DNA of 64,000 nt from the NCBI GenBank assembly GCA_051418015.1, contig JBPRGF010000023.1:160001-224000 (forward strand), in the 5' to 3' direction. Position 1 is the first letter of the stretch. Each line of letters starts with the position of its first letter. This DNA is from Candidatus Nitrospinota bacterium M3_3B_026 (GTDB lineage Bacteria > Nitrospinota_A > UBA7883 > JBPRGF01). Shown here piece after piece: positions 1 through 10,056 of this stretch. The notes under the pieces were generated by a model, which had not been told where the DNA came from, did no database searches, and saw only the letters and a list, made by a program, of their open reading frames with translations. The translations under genes were made by a program, and so were the position numbers.

Positions 1-739
1 CGCCGGCCTCCTGCGCCTCGCCTTTTTCCATGAGGCTTTCAAGATTGTTCATGAATACGGCGTAGGCGTCCTCCGGCGCCTGTCCGGCCAGGGCCTCCTC
101 CACCAGCTTCCTGAGGCTTGTATACTCACGGGTGACATCGGCGGCGCCCATCATGTACGTGGGGCCGTCCCCGGGGGCGGAGCTTCTTCTCTCCCGGATC
201 AGCTGGGGGGCGTTCCTGTCTATGATCTCGTACACATCCTGAAGGGGCGAGCCCTCCTCCATGGCGCCCTCCTGCCGCGCCCTGTCGAAAAATCCCATAA
301 GCTCGGCGCGGAGCTTTTCCGTTCCCCCGGCGCCAGCCGCCGTCATCTCGTCTATCCTGTCCATGTAGCCCGCCTCGGCCGCGGAAAGCTCCACGTCGGC
401 GCGGGTATTCCGCAGGCGGGTGAAGATCGCCTTCACGCGGTCGGCGCCCTCCAGGATGAACTCGGCGACCTCGGGCGTGATCTCGATGCGCTTCCCCCTC
501 ACCAAGTCCAGGAAATTTTCGAAGGAATGGAGAAAGGACTGGACATGGGTAAGGTCGAAAAAGGCGCTGTTGCCTTTCAGGGAATGCGCCGCCCTGAAGA
601 TTCCGTGCACCTGCTCGAAGTCGGCCGGATCGGCCTCCAGGGCGATGGAGCGCCTCTCCGCCTCCGCCATGAGCTCCTCGGACTCCTCCAGGAAATCCTG
701 GAAATGCTCATCGGGGGAGGCGGCTTCGGGATTACTCAC
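1..739 (-). CDS. Hpt-domain protein, CheA-like histidine kinase (5' part, runs off the window)
   Basis: Not in the ORF track. Translated by hand from GTG at 739: MSNPEAASPDEHFQDFLEESEELM...IFRAAHSLKGNSAFF, which carries the CheA P1 phospho-His motif. Open to the window edge. Confidence 0.75.
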   Translation of the reverse strand, partial: MSNPEAASPDEHFQDFLEESEELMAEAERRSIALEADPADFEQVHGIFRAAHSLKGNSAFFDLTHVQSFLHSFENFLDLVRGKRIEITPEVAEFILEGADRVKAIFTRLRNTRADVELSAAEAGYMDRIDEMTAAGAGGTEKLRAELMGFFDRARQEGAMEEGSPLQDVYEIIDRNAPQLIRERRSSAPGDGPTYMMGAADVTREYTSLRKLVEEALAGQAPEDAYAVFMNNLESLMEKGEAQEAG

Positions 740-900
740 TTTTCAACGTCACCTTAATGCTCATGAAAATTCTGAAGGGCGGCCCGGAAAGGAAACGCCG
801 GATCATGCTCGCCGCGTCTTTCGAGCAAAGCTCTCTATTGTTAAATTTTACGACAATCCTGGCGGAGGCGCCCAGAACTTTGATCCGCCGCCGCGCGGCC

Positions 901-929
901 TTGTCAACCCCTCCAGACTCTGGGATAAT
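901..929 (+). promoter_or_regulatory. putative sigma70 promoter of tatB
   Basis: TTGTCA-17 bp-GATAAT. Confidence 0.45.
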
Positions 930-974
930 CGCGGTCAAGGCTGTCCAACACGCGCGAATGGAGCTAAACGGGAA

Positions 975-1277
975 ATGTTCGGCATAGGAATGCCGGAAAT
1001 GCTGGTGATCCTGGCGGTCGCCCTGATCGCCATAGGTCCGTCCAGGATGCCGGAGATAGCCCGCTCGCTGGGGCGGGCTTACGCCGAACTGTCGCGCTCC
1101 ATGAGGGACGCCCGCCGAAGCTTCGACGACCTGACCTCCGATTTCGAGGAGGAACGGGAGATGATAAGAAACCCCCGCGGAGTCCTGGACAGCGCCGTGG
1201 GCAAAATGTTCCCGGAGGAGGAGACTCAGGAAAACGGCGGAAAGAAAAACGCAGGGGACGAAGCGCCCCCTCCCTGA
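975..1277 (+). CDS. tatB: Twin-arginine translocase TatB/TatA-family subunit
   Basis: MFGIGMPEMLVILAVALIAIGPSRMPEIARSLGR (TM helix, GP hinge, amphipathic helix). The real start is internal to track ORF 420..1277. Confidence 0.85.
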   Translation: MFGIGMPEMLVILAVALIAIGPSRMPEIARSLGRAYAELSRSMRDARRSFDDLTSDFEEEREMIRNPRGVLDSAVGKMFPEEETQENGGKKNAGDEAPPP

Positions 1278-1292
1278 CAGCCCGCTCCCGCC

Positions 1293-2375
1293 TCACAATA
1301 TCCAGCTGTAATAATAAAGCGCCCGCCCGGCCAGCCTCAGCGGCAACGGGCGGTTGTCCGGCTCGTCCCTGCCCACCGGCCGCGAGGCGGCCTCGTACTC
1401 CCTGAAAAGCTCCGCCCCATTCTCCACTATCTCCGGATCGCGTATCACGAGGTTCGTCTCCAGGTTCCAGTAAAAGCTCATCGAGTCCAGGTTCGCCGTG
1501 CCCACGGTCATCCAGTGGTCGTCTATGACGGCCATCTTGGAATGGAGCATTCTGTCCTGGAACCTGAAGACCTTGACGCCGCTCCGCAAAAGCTTTTTCA
1601 CCGCCGCCCAGGTGGCCAGATCCACCACCATCATGTCGGAGATATCGGGGATTATCACCCGGACGTCAACGCCCTTCTCGGCGGCATGGATCAGCGCCTT
1701 GGCCAGCTTGCGCCGGGGGAGAAAGTAGGCCTGGGCAATCCAGACCCTTTCCTTCGCCCTTTTTATCGCGGCTATGTAAAGGCGCTTCATGGGATAGCTG
1801 TGGAGCCTTGGGCGGCAGTCGCAAACTTCGATCCTTGCGCTCCCGGCCCGGCGCGGCGGTAAAAGCGGTCTCTTCGGGCGCGGCTCTTTGTCCAGCGCGT
1901 CTTTAAAGGTCTTCTCCAGGTCGGCGACGGGTCCCACGCCCTCGCCCCTGACCATGATGTCCTCCCAGTCCAGGAACCGCTCTCCTATGTTCATGCCCCC
2001 CAGGTAGTAGATCCGCGAGTCGATCAGGATCAGCTTGCGGTGGTTGCGCCGGAACAGGGCGCGGAACGAAAATCCGCTCGGCGCCTTTCTCGGGTCTATG
2101 GGGTGATACTCAACTACGCGCGCCCCGGCTTCCACCATTTCGTTGAAATAAAAGGATGGCAGCCCCAGGGAGCCGACGGAGTCGTAGACGAGATCGACGC
2201 TGACCCCGGCCCGCGCCCGCTCGATCAGCGCCTTCCTGAGCCGCTCGGCGATCCGCCCCCACTCTATGCAGTACATCTGTATCCTGATGGACTTTTCGGC
2301 GCGAGAAAGGTCCTCGAAGAGCGCGGAGTAGAACTTCTCCGCGGATCTTATCAGGGTGAAGGAATCCCCGATCAT
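1293..2375 (-). CDS. cls: Cardiolipin synthase / phospholipase D family (ClsB-like)
   Basis: Two HKD motifs, NHRKLILID and LHSKMAVID. Confidence 0.85.
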   Translation of the reverse strand: MIGDSFTLIRSAEKFYSALFEDLSRAEKSIRIQMYCIEWGRIAERLRKALIERARAGVSVDLVYDSVGSLGLPSFYFNEMVEAGARVVEYHPIDPRKAPSGFSFRALFRRNHRKLILIDSRIYYLGGMNIGERFLDWEDIMVRGEGVGPVADLEKTFKDALDKEPRPKRPLLPPRRAGSARIEVCDCRPRLHSYPMKRLYIAAIKRAKERVWIAQAYFLPRRKLAKALIHAAEKGVDVRVIIPDISDMMVVDLATWAAVKKLLRSGVKVFRFQDRMLHSKMAVIDDHWMTVGTANLDSMSFYWNLETNLVIRDPEIVENGAELFREYEAASRPVGRDEPDNRPLPLRLAGRALYYYSWIL

Positions 2376-2450
2376 CCTGTAATTTTCGCCGGAACGGCTC
2401 TCGGTGATGACGTCGTCCTCACGGCGCCTCTGAACGCTCTTCGCCCCGCC

Positions 2451-4055
2451 TCACGCGGAAGGCCCGGCCGCCTTCATGTCCGCGGGCGCGTCCGCCTCGT
2501 ATTTCCTGAAGTTGTCCCTGAACATCGCGGCCAGCTTTTGCGCCTGCTCGTCATAGGCCTCCTTGCCGCTCCAGGCCTCCCTTGGCGAGAGTATTTCCGT
2601 GGGAACGCCGGGGACGCTCCGGGGCGTCATTATCCCGAAAACAGGATCCGGCGTCATCTCCGCCCCCGAGAGAGCCCCCTCCAGCGCGGCGCGGATCATG
2701 GCGCGGGTGTGGGCGATCTTGAACCTCTCGCCCACGCCGTAAGGCCCACCGCCCCAGCCGGTGTTGACAAGCCAGCAGGCCGAGCCGTGTCTTGACATCT
2801 TCTCGCCGAGGAGCTTCGCGTAGACCGATGGGCGCAGGACCATGAACGGCGCGCCGAAACAGGGCGAGAACACCGCCACGGGCTCGGTCACCCCCCGCTC
2901 CGTTCCGGCCAGCTTCGCCGTGTAGCCGGAGATGAAGTGATACATCGCCTGGGCGGGGGTGAGCCGCGCTATGGGCGGCAGGACGCCGAAGGCGTCGGCG
3001 GTTAGCATGAAGATGTTCTCGGGATGCCCCCCCATGCCGGAAAGCTCCGCGTTCGGGACGTGTATCTCCGTTATGGGGTAGGCGGCGCGGGTGTTCTCCG
3101 TCAGGCTCGCGTCGTCGAGGTCCACCCGCCGCGTGGCGGAATCCATGGCGACGTTCTCCAGGATCGTCCCGAACCGCTCGGTGTTGTCGTATATCTCCGG
3201 CTCGTCCTCCCGGGAAAGCCGCATGACTTTCGCGTAGCAGCCGCCCTCGAAGTTGAAAACCCCCCTGCCGCTCCAGCCATGCTCGTCGTCGCCGATCAGC
3301 CTCCTGGAAGACTCGGAGGACAACGTCGTCTTGCCAGTCCCCGAAAGGCCGAAGAAAAGCGCCGTGTCGCCCCCCTCTCCTATGTTCGCCGAGCAGTGCA
3401 TGGAGAGAACGTTTTTCATCGGCAAAAGGTAGTTCAATACGGAAAAGACGGATTTCTTGATCTCCCCGGCGTAGTTCGTGCCGCCGATCAGGATCATCCT
3501 CCGGCTGAAATGGACGATCACGAAAGCCTCGGAGTTCGTCCCGTCCACCTCCGGGTCGGCGGTGAACCGCGGAGCGTTGATGACGACAAAGCCGGGCCTG
3601 TGGGCCGCCAGCTTTTCCTCGTCGGATATCCGGATGAACATGTCCCGCGCGAACATGGAATGCCAGGCGTCTTCGGTTATCACTCTCAGGGACAACCTGT
3701 AATCCTCGTCCGCCCCGGCGGCGCAGTCCTGGACGAACATATCCTTGCCCTGCCAGTATGCCTTCAGGCGCAAAAGGAGCCGGTCGAACTTGTCCTCGTC
3801 CATCCCATGGTTCACCTCGCCCCACCAGATGTTCTTCTCGCTGCTTTTCTCGCGGACGATGAACTTGTCGCCGGGCGATCTTCCAGTGTACTGGCCGGTG
3901 CGGACGACGAGGGGCCCGCGATGGGATATCATCCCCTCGCGGCGGCGTATGGCCTCCTCGTAGAGGGCGGGGGTGGTGAGGTTTCTGTAAACCTGGCCAA
4001 GGTTTCTGAAGCCCATCGACTCCAGGTCGTCCAGGACATCTTGAGGCGCGTTCAT
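2451..4055 (-). CDS. pckA: Phosphoenolpyruvate carboxykinase (ATP)
   Basis: YAGEIKK, FFGLSGTGKTTLS, LIGDDEHGW, FNFEGGCYAK. Confidence 0.97.
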   Translation of the reverse strand: MNAPQDVLDDLESMGFRNLGQVYRNLTTPALYEEAIRRREGMISHRGPLVVRTGQYTGRSPGDKFIVREKSSEKNIWWGEVNHGMDEDKFDRLLLRLKAYWQGKDMFVQDCAAGADEDYRLSLRVITEDAWHSMFARDMFIRISDEEKLAAHRPGFVVINAPRFTADPEVDGTNSEAFVIVHFSRRMILIGGTNYAGEIKKSVFSVLNYLLPMKNVLSMHCSANIGEGGDTALFFGLSGTGKTTLSSESSRRLIGDDEHGWSGRGVFNFEGGCYAKVMRLSREDEPEIYDNTERFGTILENVAMDSATRRVDLDDASLTENTRAAYPITEIHVPNAELSGMGGHPENIFMLTADAFGVLPPIARLTPAQAMYHFISGYTAKLAGTERGVTEPVAVFSPCFGAPFMVLRPSVYAKLLGEKMSRHGSACWLVNTGWGGGPYGVGERFKIAHTRAMIRAALEGALSGAEMTPDPVFGIMTPRSVPGVPTEILSPREAWSGKEAYDEQAQKLAAMFRDNFRKYEADAPADMKAAGPSA

Positions 4056-4305
4056 GCCATAATCCCTTTCAGGCGATCCGCTCCCGGTCAGGATACCATA
4101 CGGACGGCGCAGGCGCCGTCTTTGGCCGTTGTCTCATTCGCTCATCCTCCTTCTCTCGTCCTCTCTTTCCTTCACGCCGCGCCGCCCCGCCGCGCTGATG
4201 GCTAATATAGGCCCTCCCGCCGCGGCCGGGAAGGGCTCCTGGAGGAAAAGGAGAAAAAGGAGAACGGGAAAAACCTGAAAAACGCGCCGCCGGGATTTTT
4301 TCACT

Positions 4306-4436
4306 TCCTCCCCCTCGACGGGGGAGCTTTTGGCCTTATCCTCCCCCTGGACGGGGGAGGATTGAGGTGGGGGTGAATGATTTATTCATACACCCTCCCC
4401 TGTGTCCCCTCCCGTCAAGGGAGGGGATAAGGCCAA
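4306..4436. repeat. REP/REPIN-like palindromic element, family A
   Basis: Hairpins CTCCCCC-TCGAC-GGGGGAG, TCCTCCCCC-TGGAC-GGGGGAGGA and TCCCCTCCC-GTCAA-GGGAGGGGA. Outer inverted repeat TTGGCCTTATCC (4330-4341) / GGATAAGGCCAA (4425-4436). Confidence 0.7.
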
Positions 4437-4508
4437 CGGTCCCGCCGGGGCCTGACCTGAACGCAGTGAAGGGGCGGACTCCGCCTTATAAAGGGGAAGA
4501 AACGCCCC

Positions 4509-4537
4509 TTGTCCGCGGCGGGAGGCTTGGTTATCAT
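4509..4537 (+). promoter_or_regulatory. putative sigma70 promoter of efp
   Basis: TTGTCC-17 bp-TATCAT, ending 43 bp before the ATG. Confidence 0.5.
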
Positions 4538-4580
4538 TAGCGGACGCCGCTTTTATCCACATTTTGAAGAGGACTTCGTC

Positions 4581-5150
4581 ATGGCGACATACATCAACGC
4601 GGGCCAGATCCGCTCAGGATACAAGATAATACTGGACGGCCAGCTCTGGCGGGTCATGGCCGTGGATCACGTCAAGCCCGGCAAAGGCGGCGCCTATGCC
4701 CAGCTGAAGCTGAGGAACGTCATCCAGGGCAACCAGACCGAGACGAGGCTGCGCACCGACGAGAAGGTGGAGCGGGCTGAGATGGAGCAGGTGGAGATGG
4801 AGTATCTTTACGAGGACCAGGCGGGCCTTTGCTTCATGAACACCTCCACCTACGAGCAGGTCTTTCTCGGGGGAAGCCTCGTGGAAGGGGTGAAGGAATA
4901 TCTTCTTTCGAACACCAAGGTGATGGTGGAGTACTACAATGGCGAGCCTATCGGCGTGGAGCCGCCGAGGGTGGTGGAGCTGGCCGTCACCGACACGGAG
5001 CCGGTCATGAAAACCGCCACAATAACAAGCACTCCCAAGCCGGCCACGCTGGAGACGGGCGTTGTTATAAACGTCCCCCAGTTCATAAACGTTGGCGACA
5101 GGGTGCGCGTGGACACCGTCGAGGGCAAATACATGGAAAGGGCTAAGTGA
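4581..5150 (+). CDS. efp: Elongation factor P
   Basis: HVKPGKGGA loop and KPATLETG...VPQFINVGD. ATG at 4581 follows GAGGA. Confidence 0.95.
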   Translation: MATYINAGQIRSGYKIILDGQLWRVMAVDHVKPGKGGAYAQLKLRNVIQGNQTETRLRTDEKVERAEMEQVEMEYLYEDQAGLCFMNTSTYEQVFLGGSLVEGVKEYLLSNTKVMVEYYNGEPIGVEPPRVVELAVTDTEPVMKTATITSTPKPATLETGVVINVPQFINVGDRVRVDTVEGKYMERAK

Positions 5151-5329
5151 GGCGCTCGCGCTTTCTTCGCGCGGCCCTCGCCCGCCGGGGAATGTCTCGC
5201 CGAATCCATCCCCCCGCCCCCTGACAGCCCCCGCCAGCCAGCCGAAAACCGGGGCTGTTTTCATCCTCTATTGTGAGGTCTGGCAGCGGTGTGTGATAAT
5301 AGCATACATATCGTGGCAAATTTATTGAC

Positions 5330-5361
5330 AAGTGGACCGATATAGATCGCCCACTTTTTTT
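5330..5361 (+). promoter_or_regulatory. rimP-leader-like hairpin / attenuator
   Basis: AAGTGG..CGAT-ATAG-ATCG..CCACTT running into a T7 tract, ending 16 bp before rimP. Confidence 0.6.
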
Positions 5362-5377
5362 GTTTGGAGAAAGGCCG

Positions 5378-5842
5378 ATGGTGGCCGGGCAGGTGGAAAA
5401 GTTGCGGGAAATATTGGCGCCGGTGGCCCGTTCCGAGGGTGTGGAGCTTGTGGACGTGGAGCTTTCCGGCCGGCCGGCCGCGATGACGCTGCGGGTTGTC
5501 ATCGACAAAGAGGGCGGGGTGAGCGTGGAGGACTGCGCCAGTGTTTCGAGAAGCGCGGAGCTTGTGATCGAGGCGGAGGGGATGCTGGAAGGACCGTACA
5601 CGCTGGAGGTCACGTCCCCCGGGCTCACACGGCCGCTTAAAAAGCCGGCGGACTACATGCGCGCCATCGGCAGGCTGGCCGTTCTCCGGCTGCGCGAGCC
5701 CGTCGACGGGAGCAGGAGAATACTGGGAGTGATAGACAACGCCAACGAGACAGCGGTGACGATGACCTTGAAGGATGCGAAACAGGGTATCGTAATACCA
5801 TACGAAAACATAGCGAAAGCGAACCTGGAGATAGAGTTTTAA
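5378..5842 (+). CDS. rimP: Ribosome maturation factor RimP
   Basis: LRVVIDKEGGVSVEDC and YTLEVTSPGLTRPL; directly upstream of nusA. Confidence 0.95.
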   Translation: MVAGQVEKLREILAPVARSEGVELVDVELSGRPAAMTLRVVIDKEGGVSVEDCASVSRSAELVIEAEGMLEGPYTLEVTSPGLTRPLKKPADYMRAIGRLAVLRLREPVDGSRRILGVIDNANETAVTMTLKDAKQGIVIPYENIAKANLEIEF

Positions 5843-5843
5843 C

Positions 5844-6995
5844 ATGTCAACGGAGTTGATGAACGCCCTCAAGATGGTGGCGGACGAGAAGTCCATAGAC
5901 ATAGGCGACCTCATCGCCACCATCGAAAGCGCCGTCGCCATAGCCGCCAGCAGACGCCTGGACAGGACCAACCTGGAGGCCAGGTTCGACAGCGAGAGGG
6001 GCGAGTTCGACTTGTACGAGATTCTGGAGGCCACCGACCATGTGGAGGACCCCGCGCTCCAGACACCCATCGCCGAGGCGCGAAAGATAGACCCCGCCGC
6101 CGGTGTCGGCTCCACGGTGCGCCGCCGCGTGGAGATGGAGGGCCTCGGCAGGATCGCGGCCCAGTCCGTGCGCCAGATGATCCGCAAGAAGGGAAAGGAG
6201 GCCGAGGCGCACCGCCTGTTTCTGACATACAGCGGCAGGATCGGCCAGATGGTCACTGGCAGGCTTTTGCGCAAGACCGACGGAGGCTACCTGTTCGACC
6301 TGGGAGACGCCGAGGGGGTTCTCCCCCCCTCCGAGCAGCTGATGACGGACCGTCTGGAGCGCGGCAGGGACGTGAGGCTTGTGGTAGCCGATGTCACCGA
6401 GGGCCGCAAGGAGCCCGTGATCGTCGTCTCGCGCTCGAGCCCGGCCCTTTTGCGCAGGCTGCTGGAGATGGAGACGCCGGAGATAGCGGAGGGGACCGTG
6501 GAGATAGCGGCCATCGCCCGCGACGCCGCCGGCAGGTCGAAGGTGGCCGTCCGGGGCGCGAAAAAGGACGTGGACGCCGTGGGCGCGCTCATCGGCGTGC
6601 GCGGCGGGAGGATACAGCCGATCGTAAGGGAGCTTTCGGGGGAGAAGATCGACGTCTTCGCCTGGAGCGACGACCCGAAAAAGCTGATCACCGCCGCCCT
6701 CACCCCCGCGAAGGACGCCAAGGTCATCCTCGACAAGGCCGGGCGCAGGGCGGACGTCATCGTCCCCGACGAGCAGTTGTCGCCGGCCATAGGCAAAAAG
6801 GGCGTGAACGTGAAGCTGGCCGTCAAGCTCACGAGGTGGGAGCTGGACGTCATGAGCCAGAAGGAATACGAGGAGAAACAGAAAAGGCTGGCCGGACTCG
6901 CCGCGGAGAAGAAAACCGGCGCTGAAGAAAAGGATAACGCCCCAAAGCGGGGCGCCGATGAGGCCCCGGCGGAGGACAAGGGAGAAAACGGATAA
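5844..6995 (+). CDS. nusA: Transcription termination factor NusA
   Basis: GRIAAQ motif, S1 and KH domains (ARDAAGRSKVAV, AIGKKGVNVKLA). Confidence 0.95.
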   Translation: MSTELMNALKMVADEKSIDIGDLIATIESAVAIAASRRLDRTNLEARFDSERGEFDLYEILEATDHVEDPALQTPIAEARKIDPAAGVGSTVRRRVEMEGLGRIAAQSVRQMIRKKGKEAEAHRLFLTYSGRIGQMVTGRLLRKTDGGYLFDLGDAEGVLPPSEQLMTDRLERGRDVRLVVADVTEGRKEPVIVVSRSSPALLRRLLEMETPEIAEGTVEIAAIARDAAGRSKVAVRGAKKDVDAVGALIGVRGGRIQPIVRELSGEKIDVFAWSDDPKKLITAALTPAKDAKVILDKAGRRADVIVPDEQLSPAIGKKGVNVKLAVKLTRWELDVMSQKEYEEKQKRLAGLAAEKKTGAEEKDNAPKRGADEAPAEDKGENG

Positions 6996-7079
6996 CGGCG
7001 GGGCGCTTTTGCCTTGATTCCCGGACAAGGCGGATGAAACACGAGCCAAGGCGCCATGAAACATGGTCATCGATAAAAC

Positions 7080-7230
7080 ATCCTCTCCCTTGAAGGGGGA
7101 GGATCGGGTGGGAGTAATGTTAATTATACCCCCTCCCGCCCGGCGGCGGACCCCCCCCTGTGAAAGGGGGAGAAAAAAGCAGGCTCCGGAGCCTTCTCTC
7201 AAAAACCCTCCCGCCGGGAGAGGGGATTTA
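7080..7230. repeat. REP-like palindromic element, family A
   Basis: TCCTCTCCCTTGAAGGGGGAGGA hairpin. TATACCCCCTCCCGCC (7125-7140) is identical to 26938-26953. Confidence 0.65.
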
Positions 7231-7501
7231 CAATGTCATGCTGAAACGAGTTCAAGGCGCCAGCAAGGCCGTCGCGGGAGCGCGCAGGCTTCGGACCTCA
7301 ACCTGAAAAAATCCCGCCGGGGGAGGGAAAATTAAAAGAACTTATCCGGGAATCGGCGCCCGGGGCGCATGTCCAGCTTCAATTCGGGCATGTTACGTGA
7401 TAACATTAAAAATTTAATCCGGAGGCATCCTTTCCGGCGGCGATGAATGTTTCGGCGCTCCGGGGATTTAAGGCTGTTTTTCAAAGTTTAAGGAAAAGGA
7501 C

Positions 7502-10009
7502 TTGTCAGGAATCAGGGTACACGAGATAGCGAAGGAGACCGGGATACCGAGCAAGAAGCTGATAGAAGTTCTCAGCGCCATGGGATACCCGGTCAAGAGC
7601 CACTCCAGCTCCATAGACAGCCACTTGGCGGACCGGCTGCGCAAGCAGGTGAAGAAGATGGGCCTGCTGGAAAAAGCCGGGAAAAAGCCCAAAAAGGCGA
7701 AACCCGCCGCCGCGAAAAAGACCGCCAAACCCGCCGCCGCTAAAAAGACCGCCAAACCCGCCGCAAAAATGGCCGGGCCCGTCGCGAATAAAAAAGCCCC
7801 GTCCAAAAAAGCGCCGGCGGAAAAAGAAAAGGCCGCGGAAGAGAAAAAGACTCCCGTAAAGGCCGCGCCGGTAAAAAAAGAGGAAAAACCGAAGGAAAAG
7901 CAGGCCCCGCCGAGCGCCGAAAAAGAGGAGCTTAAAAAGCGCGAGGAGGAGAAAGCGGCGAGGGAGGCCGCCGCCCGCCGCCGCGAGGAGGCCGAGCGCA
8001 AGAGGCTTCAGGCCGAGAGGGAGCGCAAACGCCAGGAGCAGCGCGAGAGGGAGCAGAGCGAGGCCCGCAAGAGAAAAAAGGAACAGGAGAAAAAGCGCAA
8101 GGAGGAAGAGAAAAAGCGCGAGGAAGCCGAGAGGGAGCGCAAACGCCGCGAAAGAGAGGAACGCGAGGCCCGAAGGCGCAGGGAGCAGGAAGAGCGTGAA
8201 ATCCAACGCCTGATCGACGAGGAGGAGCGGGAAAAACGCGAGGCGGAGCGGCGCCGCATAGTCATAGACGAGGCCACCACCGTCAAGGAGATGGCCGAGA
8301 AGCTGCGGGTCGGGGTGAACGACATAATAAGCAAGCTGATCGGAAAGGGCATCATGGCCACCCTGAACCAGTCCATCGACACCGGCGTGGCCAAGGAACT
8401 CGCCCAGGAGATGGGCTACGAGATCGTCACCCGCGAGGAGGAAGAGACCGAGGAGGCTGTCGAGGAGATCGAGGACAAGGAAAAACTCCAGCCCCGCGCC
8501 CCCGTGGTCACCATCATGGGGCACGTCGACCACGGCAAGACCTCCCTGCTGGACACAATAAGAAAGACCCGCGTCACGGAGGAGGAGGCCGGCGGCATCA
8601 CCCAGCGGATCGGCGCCTACAAGGTGAAGATCGGGAACGGCGCCGTGGTCTTCCTGGACACCCCCGGCCACGAGGCGTTCACCACCATGCGCTCCCGCGG
8701 CGCGGCGGTGACGGACATCGTGGTGCTGGTGGTGGCGGCCGACGACGGCGTGAAACCCCAGACCGTGGAGGCGATCCACCACGCCAGGGCGGCGGGTGTG
8801 CCCGTTCTGGTGGCCGTGAACAAGATTGACAAACCCGGCGCGAACCCGGACAAGGTCAAGCAGGAGCTGACCGCCCACGACCTTGTCCCCGAGCAATGGG
8901 GCGGGGAGACGATTTTCTGCGAGGTGTCGGCCAAGGAGAACATCGGAACAGAAAACCTGCTGGAGATGCTTTCCTTGCAGTCGGAGATACTGGAACTGAA
9001 AGCCAACCCCGACCGTCCGGCTTTCGGGGCGGTGGTGGAGTCCAAGCTGGACAAGGGCCGCGGCCCCGTGGCCACGGTGCTGATCCAGAAAGGGACGCTG
9101 AAAGTGGGTGACCCCTTCGTGGCGGGGCTGAGCGACGGCAAGGTCCGCGCCATGATAGACGACAAGGGGCACAGGATAGACGCGGCCGGCCCCTCCACGC
9201 CCGTGGAGGTGCTGGGATTCTCCCGGGTGCCCGAGGCGGGGGAAAGCTTCATGGTGGTGGAAAGCGACCGCAAGGCCAGCCAGCTCGCCCAGGCGCGCCA
9301 GCGCCAGGCCAGGGAAAGCGGTCTCACCTCCAAGGGCCACGTGAAGCTGGAGAGCCTGCACGCCCAGATAACCAAGGGGGAGGTGAAGGACCTGAACATA
9401 GTCATAAAGGCCGACACCCAGGGCTCCATAGAGGCTATAAGCAAGGCCCTGGAGGACATACATGTGGAGTCGGTGCGCATAAAGATCCTGCACGCCGCCG
9501 CGGGCGGGATCACCGAGACGGACATAGGCCTTGCCGACGCATCGGACGCCATCGTCATAGGGTTCAACGTCCGCCCCACGGAGAAGGCCAGGGCCCAGGC
9601 CCAAGAGCAGGGTGTGGACGTTCGCCTTTATAGCGTCATCTACAACGCGATAGACGACATCAGGGCGGCTCTCGAAGGAATGCTGGAGCCTGAGTACGAG
9701 GAGAAAGTCACCGGCAGGGCGCAGGTCCGCGAGATATTCAAGATCAGCCGCGTCGGGACGATAGCGGGGTGCATGGTCCTCTCCGGCAAGATCAGCCGCG
9801 GAAGCCAGGTCCGGCTCGTCAGGGACGACGTCGTTATCTACACGGGAAAGATAGACTCCCTCAAAAGGTTCAAGGAGGACGCGAAAGAGGTGGCGACGGG
9901 GTACGAGTGCGGCGTGGGGCTGGAAAACTACGACGACATGAAAATATCCGACGTTATCGAAACGTTCGTCGTGGAGCCCGTTCCGCGCAAGGCCGCCGCG
10001 GGGGCCTGA
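7502..10009 (+). CDS. infB: Translation initiation factor IF-2
   Basis: [31 protein letters not shown] start; Lys/Ala-rich then Glu/Arg-rich N-terminal region. Confidence 0.97.
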   Translation: MSGIRVHEIAKETGIPSKKLIEVLSAMGYPVKSHSSSIDSHLADRLRKQVKKMGLLEKAGKKPKKAKPAAAKKTAKPAAAKKTAKPAAKMAGPVANKKAPSKKAPAEKEKAAEEKKTPVKAAPVKKEEKPKEKQAPPSAEKEELKKREEEKAAREAAARRREEAERKRLQAERERKRQEQREREQSEARKRKKEQEKKRKEEEKKREEAERERKRREREEREARRRREQEEREIQRLIDEEEREKREAERRRIVIDEATTVKEMAEKLRVGVNDIISKLIGKGIMATLNQSIDTGVAKELAQEMGYEIVTREEEETEEAVEEIEDKEKLQPRAPVVTIMGHVDHGKTSLLDTIRKTRVTEEEAGGITQRIGAYKVKIGNGAVVFLDTPGHEAFTTMRSRGAAVTDIVVLVVAADDGVKPQTVEAIHHARAAGVPVLVAVNKIDKPGANPDKVKQELTAHDLVPEQWGGETIFCEVSAKENIGTENLLEMLSLQSEILELKANPDRPAFGAVVESKLDKGRGPVATVLIQKGTLKVGDPFVAGLSDGKVRAMIDDKGHRIDAAGPSTPVEVLGFSRVPEAGESFMVVESDRKASQLAQARQRQARESGLTSKGHVKLESLHAQITKGEVKDLNIVIKADTQGSIEAISKALEDIHVESVRIKILHAAAGGITETDIGLADASDAIVIGFNVRPTEKARAQAQEQGVDVRLYSVIYNAIDDIRAALEGMLEPEYEEKVTGRAQVREIFKISRVGTIAGCMVLSGKISRGSQVRLVRDDVVIYTGKIDSLKRFKEDAKEVATGYECGVGLENYDDMKISDVIETFVVEPVPRKAAAGA

Positions 10010-10056
10010 GCTTTCCCGTTTCGTGAAAACGTTCTCCGCGCGCCCTTTCGACGAGA

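Noticed and set aside
4306..7230. CRISPR array or riboswitch in the repeat-rich intergenic regions
   Set aside because: There are no regularly spaced direct repeats with unique spacers, no cas genes, and no aptamer consensus I recognise.
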